Assembly (NCBI GenBank): GCA_050730855.1
Contig: JBOHNU010000002.1
Location: 23,820 to 87,819 of the forward strand
Direction of reading: 5' to 3'
Length of the DNA: 64,000 nucleotides
From: Candidatus Saccharimonadales bacterium
Lineage (GTDB): Bacteria; Patescibacteriota; Saccharimonadia; Saccharimonadales; UBA4665
Shown: in pieces, positions 53,199 through 64,000 of the stretch
Layout of the letters: the number at the start of each line of letters is the position of its first letter
Numbering within the stretch: position 1 is the first letter of the stretch
Notes under the pieces: generated by a model
The model's input: the letters and a program-made list of their open reading frames with translations, nothing else
Database searches by the model: none
What the model was told of the DNA's origin: nothing
Program-made: the position numbers and the translations under genes

Positions 53199-53594
53199 GT
53201 GTTGCCAGAAGTATTCGGGCGTTCGCTGCTGATTCATCTACAATGGCAAAGCGGCAAGAAGCCAGTAGAGGCCGAGTGCTTGTTTTACGGACAGACAGAG
53301 GACTTTCGCCAACAAGTCGCGGTTATCAGAACTTGCAATAGTAAAGGCGAAAGTCTCAACCTGTATAGCGGAGCGTGTGACGCGGACGGACGGCGCGGCG
53401 TAGTAGGTACCGGCACCGGCGTAATGGGCGAACCCAGACCTGACGTTACTTTAAAGAATGCCGACGGATTTGAAGCGACAATTTCGCCAGCAGGTGACGT
53501 GACAGTAATGTTGGGAAACAGCGCATTGAAGCCCGTTGCCGAAACCTGGCAGATACTTTTCTATACTAAAGAAGCTGGCACTCTTGACGCTTGA
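53199..53594 (+). CDS. hypothetical protein (131 aa), coding status uncertain
   Basis: Only long ORF in the 445-nt nusA-clpC gap. GTG start without an SD. No motif recognised. Its stop lies within the CIRCE-like repeat. Confidence 0.3.
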   Translation: MLPEVFGRSLLIHLQWQSGKKPVEAECLFYGQTEDFRQQVAVIRTCNSKGESLNLYSGACDADGRRGVVGTGTGVMGEPRPDVTLKNADGFEATISPAGDVTVMLGNSALKPVAETWQILFYTKEAGTLDA

Positions 53595-53601
53595 GTGCTA
53601 G
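53575..53601 (+). promoter_or_regulatory. CIRCE-like inverted repeat (putative HrcA operator) upstream of clpC
   Basis: CTGGCACTC-N9-GAGTGCTAG against the CIRCE consensus TTAGCACTC-N9-GAGTGCTAA, with exact 9-nt spacing. Overlaps the -35 box of the promoter candidate. Confidence 0.6.
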
Positions 53602-53611
53602 CTGGTATCAT
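53584..53611 (+). promoter_or_regulatory. promoter candidate for clpC
   Basis: TTGACG (53584-53589), 16-nt spacer, TATCAT (53606-53611). The ATG at 53618 is only 6 nt downstream, which is leaderless-type spacing. Confidence 0.4.
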
Positions 53612-53617
53612 ATATAT

Positions 53618-56109
<2,492 letters not shown>

Positions 56110-56110
<1 letters not shown>

Positions 56111-57078
56111 TGAGACTTCTTCGCAGGCTTCTACCGTACCTGGTGCTGGTACTGATGATTGCTGGTGGATGGTTGTTTTTAGTCAACCGTGACTATTTGC
56201 ACGACCAAGTAGTTTTACGAGGCTACACGCCCTCTGCCGATATTGCCGTGCTGGCCGCCGACACAGCCATGACCGAGTACGGTCAACGCCTGTTTTACGT
56301 AAACAAACCGCAGCTGGACGACAAGATCGCCTTTAACGAGGCTTGCCGCGATCTGGGCGAGGAAGCCGCTGTGCTGGGCTGCTATAAAGGCAACCGCCAG
56401 GGCATTCATATTTACGACATCACCGACCCGCGGTTGCACGGCATCGAGCAAGTCACCGCCGCTCACGAAATGCTCCACCAGGCCTACGACCGGCTGGACA
56501 GTAAAACCCGCGCTAGGATTGGCGCGCTGCTTGAGGATTACTACCGCAGCGGTTTGGCCGACGAGGGCGTCAAAAGCAAAATGGCCATCTATGAAAAAGA
56601 CGGCGCAAACTTGGCAAACGAAATGCATTCGATTTTCGGCACCGAAATTAATGAGCTGCCGGTCGAGCTGGAAGCCTACTACAGCCGGTACTTTACCGAT
56701 CGGCAGAAGGTGGTCGAGTTCCGCAATCTGTCGAAGGCTGAGTTCGAAAAATACCGCAGCCAAATAGAAAACTACGATCGCCGCTTGGAAGAACTACGGC
56801 CGCAAATAGACCAAATGGAGCAGCAGCTTAAGGAGGAAGTTGCCGAGCTGCAGGCCGCCAAATCTAAGCTAGACGCCGACTTGGCCGCCGGCCGAGTGCA
56901 GGAGTACAATGCTGGCGTCGCGCCGTACAACGCGCTGGTAGCCCAGTATAACCGCGATCTGGCGGCGCTCAACCGCAAAATTGAGGAATACAACCGCCTT
57001 GTACAGGAGCGTAACGCTCTGTCGGTGCAGGTGAGCGAGCTCAACAAGGCGCTCGACAGTATCCTCACTCCGCAGTAG
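56110..57078 (+). CDS. hypothetical membrane-anchored protein with HExxH motif and C-terminal coiled coil
   Basis: N-terminal TM helix, AAHEMLHQAY (HExxH), and about 100 C-terminal residues of heptad-like E/L/Q/A-rich sequence. TAATG overlap with clpC. Confidence 0.55.
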
Positions 57079-57106
57079 GCCGTACGAAGGTGATACACTA
57101 AGTGTC

Positions 57107-58456
57107 ATGGTAAAGCGTACCCGATTTATTTGCTCACAATGCGGCGGCACCTCCACGGCGTGGGCCGGCAAATGCCCGCACTGCGGCGAGTGGAACACTC
57201 TGGGCGAGGAGGCGACCATCTCCGCCACCCTGGGCGACGTTGCCGACGGCGGCACAGCACTGCAAGGTCAGGCCGTCGCCAGCTTGGCTAGCACAGATCA
57301 GAAACGCCTGGTTACCAGCCTGAGCGACATAGATGCGGTGCTAGGCGGGGGGTTGGTGCCGGGCAGCGTAACCTTGCTTGCCGGCCAGCCGGGCATTGGC
57401 AAAAGTACGCTGTTGTTGCAGTTGGCACACGCCGTGGGCAAAACACGCGAAGTTTTGTACGTCAGCGGCGAGGAGTCGGGACACCAGGTTGGCATGCGGG
57501 CGCAACGGCTGGGGGCGGCGGCTTCTGGTCTGCGGCTGGCTACCTCAACAAGCGCCGAGGACATTGCTGCTACGGTTTTGGAAGGCAAGTACCAGCTGGT
57601 GGTCGTGGACTCAATCCAAACCGTAACTGTTAGTTCGGTTAGCTCGGCCTCAGGAAGCGTGTCGCAAATTACCAACAGCACGCACATTATTTTGCAGGCC
57701 GCCAAGCAAAGCGCAACCGCGGTTGTGCTGGTGGGGCATGTCACCAAGGAGGGAGCTATTGCCGGCCCCAAAGTGCTGGAGCACGTGGTGGATGTTGTAT
57801 TGCAGCTCGAGGGTGACCGCTATGGCGGCTTTAAAGTGCTGCGCAGCACAAAAAACCGATTTGGTCCGACGTCTGAGGCTGGGATTTTCGAAATGGTCGA
57901 GGACGGGTTAAAGCCGGTAGCCAACCCATCGGCCGCCCTGCTTGCCGAGCGGCAGGCAAGCGACGGCTCGATAGTACTCGCCACACTGGAGGGTACGAGG
58001 CCGCTTTTAGTAGAGGTGCAGGCATTGGTAAACAAAACAAGCTACGGCTACCCCAAGCGCGCCGCCAGCGGCATCGACCTTAATCGGGTTAATTTGCTGG
58101 TGGCGATGCTTGAGCGGCGTACAAAGCTAAATCTGGCCGAGCAAGACATTTATATAAACATAGTTGGCGGGATAAAATTAACCGAGCCGGCGGCCGACCT
58201 TGCCGTCTGCCTGGCCATCGGCTCGGCTGCCAAGGGTTTGCAACTAAAAACTAACGCCGTAGTGTTTGGCGAGGTAGGTTTAAGCGGTGAGGTACGTCAT
58301 GTGCCGTTTGCTGACAAGCGCCTGGCCGAGGCTAAAAAATTGGGTTTTACCGGTGCCATCGGCCCGCGCACCCAAGGCAGCGGCAAAAAACTGCCAATGC
58401 TGCACCAGGTGCCGGATGTGCGCAGTGCACTCAACCAATTCTTAGAGAAGGAGTAA
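57107..58456 (+). CDS. radA: DNA repair protein RadA/Sms
   Basis: Zinc finger CSQCGG..CPHCGEWNT, Walker A GQPGIGKST, the KNRFG motif, and a Lon-like C-terminal domain. Confidence 0.95.
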   Translation: MVKRTRFICSQCGGTSTAWAGKCPHCGEWNTLGEEATISATLGDVADGGTALQGQAVASLASTDQKRLVTSLSDIDAVLGGGLVPGSVTLLAGQPGIGKSTLLLQLAHAVGKTREVLYVSGEESGHQVGMRAQRLGAAASGLRLATSTSAEDIAATVLEGKYQLVVVDSIQTVTVSSVSSASGSVSQITNSTHIILQAAKQSATAVVLVGHVTKEGAIAGPKVLEHVVDVVLQLEGDRYGGFKVLRSTKNRFGPTSEAGIFEMVEDGLKPVANPSAALLAERQASDGSIVLATLEGTRPLLVEVQALVNKTSYGYPKRAASGIDLNRVNLLVAMLERRTKLNLAEQDIYINIVGGIKLTEPAADLAVCLAIGSAAKGLQLKTNAVVFGEVGLSGEVRHVPFADKRLAEAKKLGFTGAIGPRTQGSGKKLPMLHQVPDVRSALNQFLEKE

Positions 58457-58460
58457 CATC

Positions 58461-59240
58461 GTGATAATTATTGAACTGGCTATTTTAGCGGGCGTTGTCC
58501 TGTTGCTGTTGGGGCAAAACCGTGGCGGGCTGGCTGGCGGCCTCGGCATCCGCAAGCAGCGCAGAATCATCCTGGATAGCTGCGCGCTGATTGACGGCCG
58601 GATCGCCGAAGTGGTGCGTGCCGGATTTGTGGCTGACCAACTGGTAATTCCGCAGTTTATTTTGAACGAGCTGCAACTTTTGGCTGACGGTCACGACTCT
58701 CACAAGCGCGAGCGAGCGCGCTACGGCCTGGACATTGCCCACGAGCTGCAAGACAGCGCGCCGAGCGTTGCCGTTGACCGCACGGCTGTGCTGGGCGCGG
58801 ACAAAACCGACGACAAACTGTTAGTTCTTGCCAGAAAACTCGGCGCAGAGCTGTACACTACTGACTACAATCTATCCAAGGTAGCGGCCGTCGAGGGCGT
58901 TAAAGTGCTAAACATCAACGAGCTGGCGCAGAGCTTGCGCCCTATAGCCTTGCCAGGCGAAACGCTGGATATCCGCATTTTGCAAAAGGGCAGCAACCGC
59001 GACCAAGGCGTCGGCTATCTGGACGACGGAACTATGATAGTTATAGAGGGCGGCGCGCGACTGATTGGCCAGGTGGCGCCCGTGGTTGTAACGCGGATGC
59101 ACCAAACTGTGGCGGGCAAGATGGTCTTCGGCCAGGTTAGAAACAAAAAGGTCGCGCAAAGCCCGAGGAACGAGGCGGAGACGAAGCTCAGGAAATCGCA
59201 ACCATCATCCCTGTCGAGAAGAATCCGACAGGGCGCTTAA
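58461..59240 (+). CDS. PIN/TRAM-domain protein (YacL-like)
   Basis: N-terminal TM segment, a PIN domain (ILDSCALIDGRI...TTDYNL), and a C-terminal TRAM-like beta domain. GTG start. Follows radA, as in Firmicutes. Confidence 0.8.
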   Translation: MIIIELAILAGVVLLLLGQNRGGLAGGLGIRKQRRIILDSCALIDGRIAEVVRAGFVADQLVIPQFILNELQLLADGHDSHKRERARYGLDIAHELQDSAPSVAVDRTAVLGADKTDDKLLVLARKLGAELYTTDYNLSKVAAVEGVKVLNINELAQSLRPIALPGETLDIRILQKGSNRDQGVGYLDDGTMIVIEGGARLIGQVAPVVVTRMHQTVAGKMVFGQVRNKKVAQSPRNEAETKLRKSQPSSLSRRIRQGA

Positions 59241-59241
59241 G

Positions 59242-62154
59242 CTAATCGTCCTCGTCTGGTGGTTCCTCGATTACGAAGGTAACGGTGGCAGACTGCGACG
59301 AAGTATACAGTACGCTATCTACAACCGAGGCGTCGATGGTGGCCGAGCCGTTCGCGCTAGGGATGTAGGTGAAGGTAACGGTGCTGGGCGAAGCACTGAC
59401 GTTTTGCGCCGGCAACGCCTGGCCATTCACCGAAAGAGAAACTGTTCCGGGGAAGCGGTCACTTGAGAGCGGGTGGGTCCCCTGGCTGACGGTTACGATA
59501 AAGATACAGTCTACCGCGCTCGAACAAGTGCTAGGCGTCGTTAGGGTGATGGAAGGTTTGGCATCGTTACAGTTGTGTACGTTGTCTTGGTCGTTTAGGT
59601 TAGCGCCCGATCCGGTACCTACAAATAGATCTGCAGAGAAAGTGCTGTCGCTGCCGCCGCTTCGAGTTTCCTTGGCAAGCTCGGGCGTACACGACGTGGC
59701 CAGTTTTTCAGACACTTTGTCGATAGTTTGCGTACCGCCGCCGCTGTTATTTGGCTTTTGGTACCATGAAGGGAACAGGTCGTTGTCGGGGCTGGGCTCC
59801 TGCGACGATCCGCCGACATGGCTGCGGACGATGTAAGCCGGAAGCGTTTGCACGCCTGACGGCTTTTCCCAGTTTTTTGGCTCCTGGCCGTCGTGCGCGG
59901 CATTCATCCATCCCTGCCAGATGGGCAATGTCATGGTTTCCATAAAGCCGCTAAACGCGACTTGCCGGTGGCCATGGCCGACCCACACGCCGGCAGCGTA
60001 TTTGGTGCTGGCGCCCATCATCCAGCCGTCTTTGTTGTCGTTGGTGGTGCCGGTTTTAAGGGCGAATTTCCAGCCTTTGTAGTTTTGTGCTTTGCGCGAC
60101 ATATAGCTGGCGCGCGGGTCGGACAGCATGTCGGCGGTGATATAGGCGGCGTCGGGTCGGATGACTTGCTCGCCCGGCTTTTGCTTCCATTCGTCGACTG
60201 TTTTGCCCTTGTCGTCTACTATTTTGAGGATGTAGGTTTTATCCAGGTAGTTGCCAAGCCGGGACATGGTGGCAAAGCCGTTGACGTGTTCGTCGAGGTA
60301 CAAGTAGGCGCCGTCGCCGATGGCTGACGATGCGTAGCACTGGGTTTCGGCGGTCAGCGCGTCATCGGTGTAGCAGCGGTAGCCGCTACGCAATCCCATA
60401 GCCTCGGCTGTTTCGATAGTTTTGTTGATAGACGCGGTAGTGTTGCCCGGAACGACAGACAGCATGGCCTTAACGGCGGGGATGTTGCGAGAGCCGGCAA
60501 GCGCATAGCGCAAGGTTAGCGGGCCGGGGAAACGCGAGTCGTAATCGTACAGGAACGGTTCAGTGCCGGGGGCACAGTTAGCGCCGCGGTTGATCTGCGC
60601 GGGCGTTAGAGGGCAAGTGCCAGCATAGCCCGGGATCGGCGCTTTGATGTCGTAGAGTACTGAGCCGGCTCCGGTGTTGGTAGTGTGTTCTATCATTGCC
60701 ATATAATCGTACGGTTTAAAGCTAGAGCCGGGGGGCAGGCGTGTGGGGTACGACGCATAGTTTAGCTCCCTAAAGTCCCGGTTGGGGTCGGTAAAGTCCG
60801 TCCCGCCGACCAGGGCGACCATCTGAGCCGTGGTTACATCCATGGCGCCGAAGGCAATATTAGCCTCGGCGGCTATTTGGTCGGGGTTGGCGCGGCGCTC
60901 TTTAACTGCCCCGGCGCGCAGCTGGGACTTGACCTGGCGATGACCTTCCTGAACCTCTCGCTCCGCCAATTCCTGCAAGCCAAGGTCGAGCGTGGTCGTG
61001 ACCTTCCAGCCGCTCACGTTCACCGTCTCGGAACCGTATTTTTGTTCCAGTTCGTTCTTGGCGGCAAGTACAAAGTACGGAGCGCGGATGTTTTGGTACT
61101 TGGTTTGCTTTGGCTTGATCTGCGCCAGGATATCAACGGCTTGGGCTTCGTCTGCTTGCTCGCGGGTAACCATGCCTTGGTCGACCATTTGGTCTAGGAT
61201 GTAGTGCTGTCGGCCAATTAATGCTTCGCGCGACTCTTGGTCGGCCAGCGCGTTGTACGGCGAGTAGAACGTCGGCGATTTGGGCATGCCGGCCAGCAGC
61301 GCCGCCTGCGAAAGCGTGAGGTCTTTGGCGGTAGTGCCAAAATAGTCGCGCGCGGCGCTCTCTACCCCGTACAAAACACCTCCGTACGGCGCGACGTTTA
61401 GGTAGCCGTTAAGGATTTCGTCTTTAGAGTACTCGCGCTCCAGTTCCACCGCCAAGATGAGCTCTTTCACCTTGCGCGCGATGGTGCGGTCGTTCGTCCA
61501 ATCTTGGTTGAGCTTTACCAGCTGTTGCGAAATGGTGGAGCCACCCTGAATGCCGCCGCTGCGGTTAAAGACGTCGTTTACGCCGGCGCGAACAATGCTG
61601 CGCAAGTCGAAAGCGCCGTGCTTATAGAAGTCTTTATCTTCTATAGCAATGGTTGCATTCTTCATAAGTTGTGAAATCTGGTCGCCGCTAACCGGGATAC
61701 GTTTGACCGCCTCGGAATCCTGGAATAACACAGTCTCCCCGCTGCGGTCATAGTAAGTTACCGTCCCGCCGATGTTGCCGGACAGGTCGTTGATGTTGGG
61801 CAAGTCCTTGCGGAAATAGGCAAAAAGGCCAACGACAAACACAAACCCGACGACTATGCCAATGCCGGCGATCTTTAGCGACATTAAGGCGCCTTCGCGG
61901 CTAAACCAAAACTTCGCTAGGCGCTTGGGGTGCAGGCGATATAAGATACGTTTAAAGCGGTTCTTGGGCAGCGAACCTAAGTACGCGGCGCGCTGCCGCG
62001 CCTTGGCCTCTTTGCGCGCTTTCCAGCGGGCGGTTAAGCCCTTGTGCAGTTTTATAGTCGCGCCGCTCTTTGTAACAAAAGTGCCCTTGCCCGGGCGGCG
62101 GCGCCCACGATTCGCATTTCGGTTGTTCACAGTTTTTCCTGCTCTCCCTGTCAA
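59242..62154 (-). CDS. bifunctional class A penicillin-binding protein (PBP1A-type) with long C-terminal extension
   Basis: GT51 motifs (EDKDFYKHGAFD, GGSTISQQL) and transpeptidase motifs (SSFKP, SRN, KTGTT). Basic N-terminal tail followed by a TM helix. About 230 extra C-terminal residues are Ser/Thr-rich and look like a beta domain. Confidence 0.9.
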   Translation of the reverse strand: MTGRAGKTVNNRNANRGRRRPGKGTFVTKSGATIKLHKGLTARWKARKEAKARQRAAYLGSLPKNRFKRILYRLHPKRLAKFWFSREGALMSLKIAGIGIVVGFVFVVGLFAYFRKDLPNINDLSGNIGGTVTYYDRSGETVLFQDSEAVKRIPVSGDQISQLMKNATIAIEDKDFYKHGAFDLRSIVRAGVNDVFNRSGGIQGGSTISQQLVKLNQDWTNDRTIARKVKELILAVELEREYSKDEILNGYLNVAPYGGVLYGVESAARDYFGTTAKDLTLSQAALLAGMPKSPTFYSPYNALADQESREALIGRQHYILDQMVDQGMVTREQADEAQAVDILAQIKPKQTKYQNIRAPYFVLAAKNELEQKYGSETVNVSGWKVTTTLDLGLQELAEREVQEGHRQVKSQLRAGAVKERRANPDQIAAEANIAFGAMDVTTAQMVALVGGTDFTDPNRDFRELNYASYPTRLPPGSSFKPYDYMAMIEHTTNTGAGSVLYDIKAPIPGYAGTCPLTPAQINRGANCAPGTEPFLYDYDSRFPGPLTLRYALAGSRNIPAVKAMLSVVPGNTTASINKTIETAEAMGLRSGYRCYTDDALTAETQCYASSAIGDGAYLYLDEHVNGFATMSRLGNYLDKTYILKIVDDKGKTVDEWKQKPGEQVIRPDAAYITADMLSDPRASYMSRKAQNYKGWKFALKTGTTNDNKDGWMMGASTKYAAGVWVGHGHRQVAFSGFMETMTLPIWQGWMNAAHDGQEPKNWEKPSGVQTLPAYIVRSHVGGSSQEPSPDNDLFPSWYQKPNNSGGGTQTIDKVSEKLATSCTPELAKETRSGGSDSTFSADLFVGTGSGANLNDQDNVHNCNDAKPSITLTTPSTCSSAVDCIFIVTVSQGTHPLSSDRFPGTVSLSVNGQALPAQNVSASPSTVTFTYIPSANGSATIDASVVDSVLYTSSQSATVTFVIEEPPDEDD

Positions 62155-62231
62155 TCAAGATGATTACTCGAATTATATCAAATTTTTGGCTTGTAAAGTC
62201 CAAAATTCGGCGAATACGGTATACTGCTAGC

Positions 62232-63500
62232 ATGAGTAAACACGCGGAAAGAATGTCATTGTCGGAAGAACTAGCTTGGCGGGGATTTGTAAACCAAACT
62301 ACTTACGCCGATTTGAAAGAGCTTGATAAAGGCCGGCTGACCTTTTACCAAGGGTTTGACGCCTCCGCGCCGTCGCAGCAGATCGGCAATTTGGCGTTTA
62401 TGATGATGGCGCGCGTGTTTATGCGCCATGGGCATCGGGCGGTTATTTTGGCTGGCGGTGCCACCAGTCTCATCGGCGACCCCGGCGGCAAGGACGTCGA
62501 GCGCACCCTGCAAGGCGAAAAAACAATTGCCGCCAACGTCAAGAACGCCGAAAGCCAACTAAAGAGGGTTTTTAGTGGCTATCAGTTTAAGCTGGTAAAC
62601 AACCTCGACTGGACTAAACGCCTTAATGTTATCGACTTTCTGCGCGACATCGGCAAACACTTTAGCATGACAACGCTGGTGCAGCGCGACTACATAGCCA
62701 GGCGTATCGGCAATGAGAGCAGCGGCATCAGCTATGCCGAGTTCAGCTACACTTTGCTGCAAGGCATGGACTACCTGCATCTGTATGACGTGCACGGCGT
62801 GACACTGCAGCTGGGCGGCTCCGACCAGTGGGGGAACTGCTTGTCGGGCGTGGAACTGGTGCGCAAGGCTCGCGGCGCAGAGGTACATGCGGTTACCACG
62901 CCGCTGGTTATAAATAAAACAACCGGCAAAAAGTTTGGCAAAAGCGAGGACGGCGCGGTTTGGCTCGACCCGAAAATGACGTCGCCAACCCAGTTTTACC
63001 AGTTTTGGATAAACGCCGACGACCAAGGAGTCGAGGATTACCTGAAGATTTTTACGGATATGTCAAAGCCCGAGATTAGCGAAATAATGGCCAGTCACCA
63101 AGAGAATCGCAAGACTCGCCTGGCGCAAACAGCGCTGGCCGAGGCGATTACGCGATTGTTACACGGCGCAGTAACAACAGAGGTGGCGCGCGAGATCACC
63201 AATGTTCTTGCCGGCAAAGTTTTGGTTGGCGACGCCAGCCGTCAAGTGATCGCGCAAATGCGGCGCGAGGTAGCGCACGCACAGGCAACCCCGGGCGAGC
63301 CTCTTGCCGACGTGGTGGTGCGCACCGGCCTGGCCGCCTCCAAAACCGAGGCGCGGCGGCTAGTTACCGACAATGCCATCACCATAAACTATCAGAAAGC
63401 CGCCAAGGACACGCTGAACGAAACCGACTTTTCCGCCGGGCGGCTGCTACTGCGCAAAGGCAAGTCGTTTAAAGATTCGGCGCTGGTGGAGCTGGCATAG
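62232..63500 (+). CDS. tyrS: tyrosine--tRNA ligase
   Basis: Class I HIGH-type (SQQIGNL) and KFGKS (KMSKS-type) motifs, and a C-terminal S4 domain. Start trimmed to ATG 62232, 6 nt after TATACT (62220-62225). Confidence 0.95.
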   Translation: MSKHAERMSLSEELAWRGFVNQTTYADLKELDKGRLTFYQGFDASAPSQQIGNLAFMMMARVFMRHGHRAVILAGGATSLIGDPGGKDVERTLQGEKTIAANVKNAESQLKRVFSGYQFKLVNNLDWTKRLNVIDFLRDIGKHFSMTTLVQRDYIARRIGNESSGISYAEFSYTLLQGMDYLHLYDVHGVTLQLGGSDQWGNCLSGVELVRKARGAEVHAVTTPLVINKTTGKKFGKSEDGAVWLDPKMTSPTQFYQFWINADDQGVEDYLKIFTDMSKPEISEIMASHQENRKTRLAQTALAEAITRLLHGAVTTEVAREITNVLAGKVLVGDASRQVIAQMRREVAHAQATPGEPLADVVVRTGLAASKTEARRLVTDNAITINYQKAAKDTLNETDFSAGRLLLRKGKSFKDSALVELA

Positions 63501-63525
63501 AAACGGGTTCGTAGTATACTTCCCC

Positions 63526-64000
63526 TATGGACAGCAAAAAGAAGATCACAGCAGACAAGTACAACGACCCCGGCCACAACTATCTAAAGTACTGGGAAGG
63601 CCGCGATTACGAACACGCCGCCGAGGAGCTGGCTATCCGCCGGCTGTTAAAAGGCAAGCGCTTTAAGCACGCGGTGGACGTGGGCGGCGGCTACGGCCGG
63701 CTATGCCTGCTGCTCAAGGATTACGCCGCCAAAGTAACGCTGGCCGAGCCGAGCCAGCAGCAGCTTAATCTGGCCAAGGATTTTTTAAAGAATCACCCGG
63801 AAATCGAGCGCAAACTGTTGCAGGCGGACAACCTCAAGTTTAAAGACGGCTCGATTGACCTTGTAACCATGATCCGCGTAATGCACCACCTGCCGGAGCC
63901 GGAGGCCGAGCTTAGAGAAGTAGCCCGCGTGCTTTCCAATGGCGGAATGGCAATCATAGAAGCCGCTAATTACGCGCACGGGCGCAACCGCTTAAAGCAT
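63526..64000 (+). CDS. class I SAM-dependent methyltransferase, N-terminal part (runs off the window end)
   Basis: Absent from the ORF track. My own translation from ATG 63526 is MDSKKKITADKYNDPGHNYLKYWEGRDYEHAAEE...HAVDVGGGYGRLCLLL...DLVTMIRVMHHL. VDVGGGxG is SAM-binding motif I. TATACT lies 6 nt upstream. Confidence 0.7.

Overview
The window is a very gene-dense, mostly housekeeping chromosomal segment read with the standard genetic code. Many adjacent genes overlap by 1 to 11 nt.

Recognisable genes:
- Translation: pheS and pheT (interrupted by three inserted genes), gatC-gatA-(inserted ORF)-gatB, tyrS, rplS.
- Replication and repair: dnaE, uvrB, radA, rnhB.
- Transcription and proteostasis: nusA, and a clpC-like ATPase preceded by a CIRCE-like operator.
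- Central carbon cluster: gap, rpiB, rpe, split transketolase, class I aldolase, two tandem PfkB kinases.
- Redox genes: a glutaredoxin-like protein, trxB, an FNR-like reductase.
- Envelope genes: VanY-like peptidase, PBP1A, a sortase with an LAATG-anchored surface protein, a GT2 glycosyltransferase, a CAP-domain protein, and an orphan GspE/PilB ATPase.

This gene content and the compact layout suggest a reduced Gram-positive-type lineage such as Saccharibacteria/CPR. That is inference only.

I found no rRNA, tRNA, CRISPR array or IS transposase.

The most unusual signals are at the DNA/RNA level.
- **Family 1:** four intergenic long-hairpin elements at 1760-1835, 27982-28097, 40622-40732 and 41955-42062. 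They share the core GGCACC..GACCCGCA(C/T)GTGTCC, and their stems differ between copies but stay complementary.
- **Family 2:** two elements of about 160 nt at 41772-41932 and 51720-51882. They have 21-nt terminal inverted repeats, an identical 25-nt core and a fully swapped but still perfect 8-bp apical hairpin. Their termini read outward as a Shine-Dalgarno sequence plus a start codon. One copy appears to supply the start codon of pepN.

I do not recognise either family as a known RNA or mobile-element class. Other points of interest are frequent leaderless-type promoters, AT-rich inserted genes, and several uncharacterised ORFs wedged into conserved operons.
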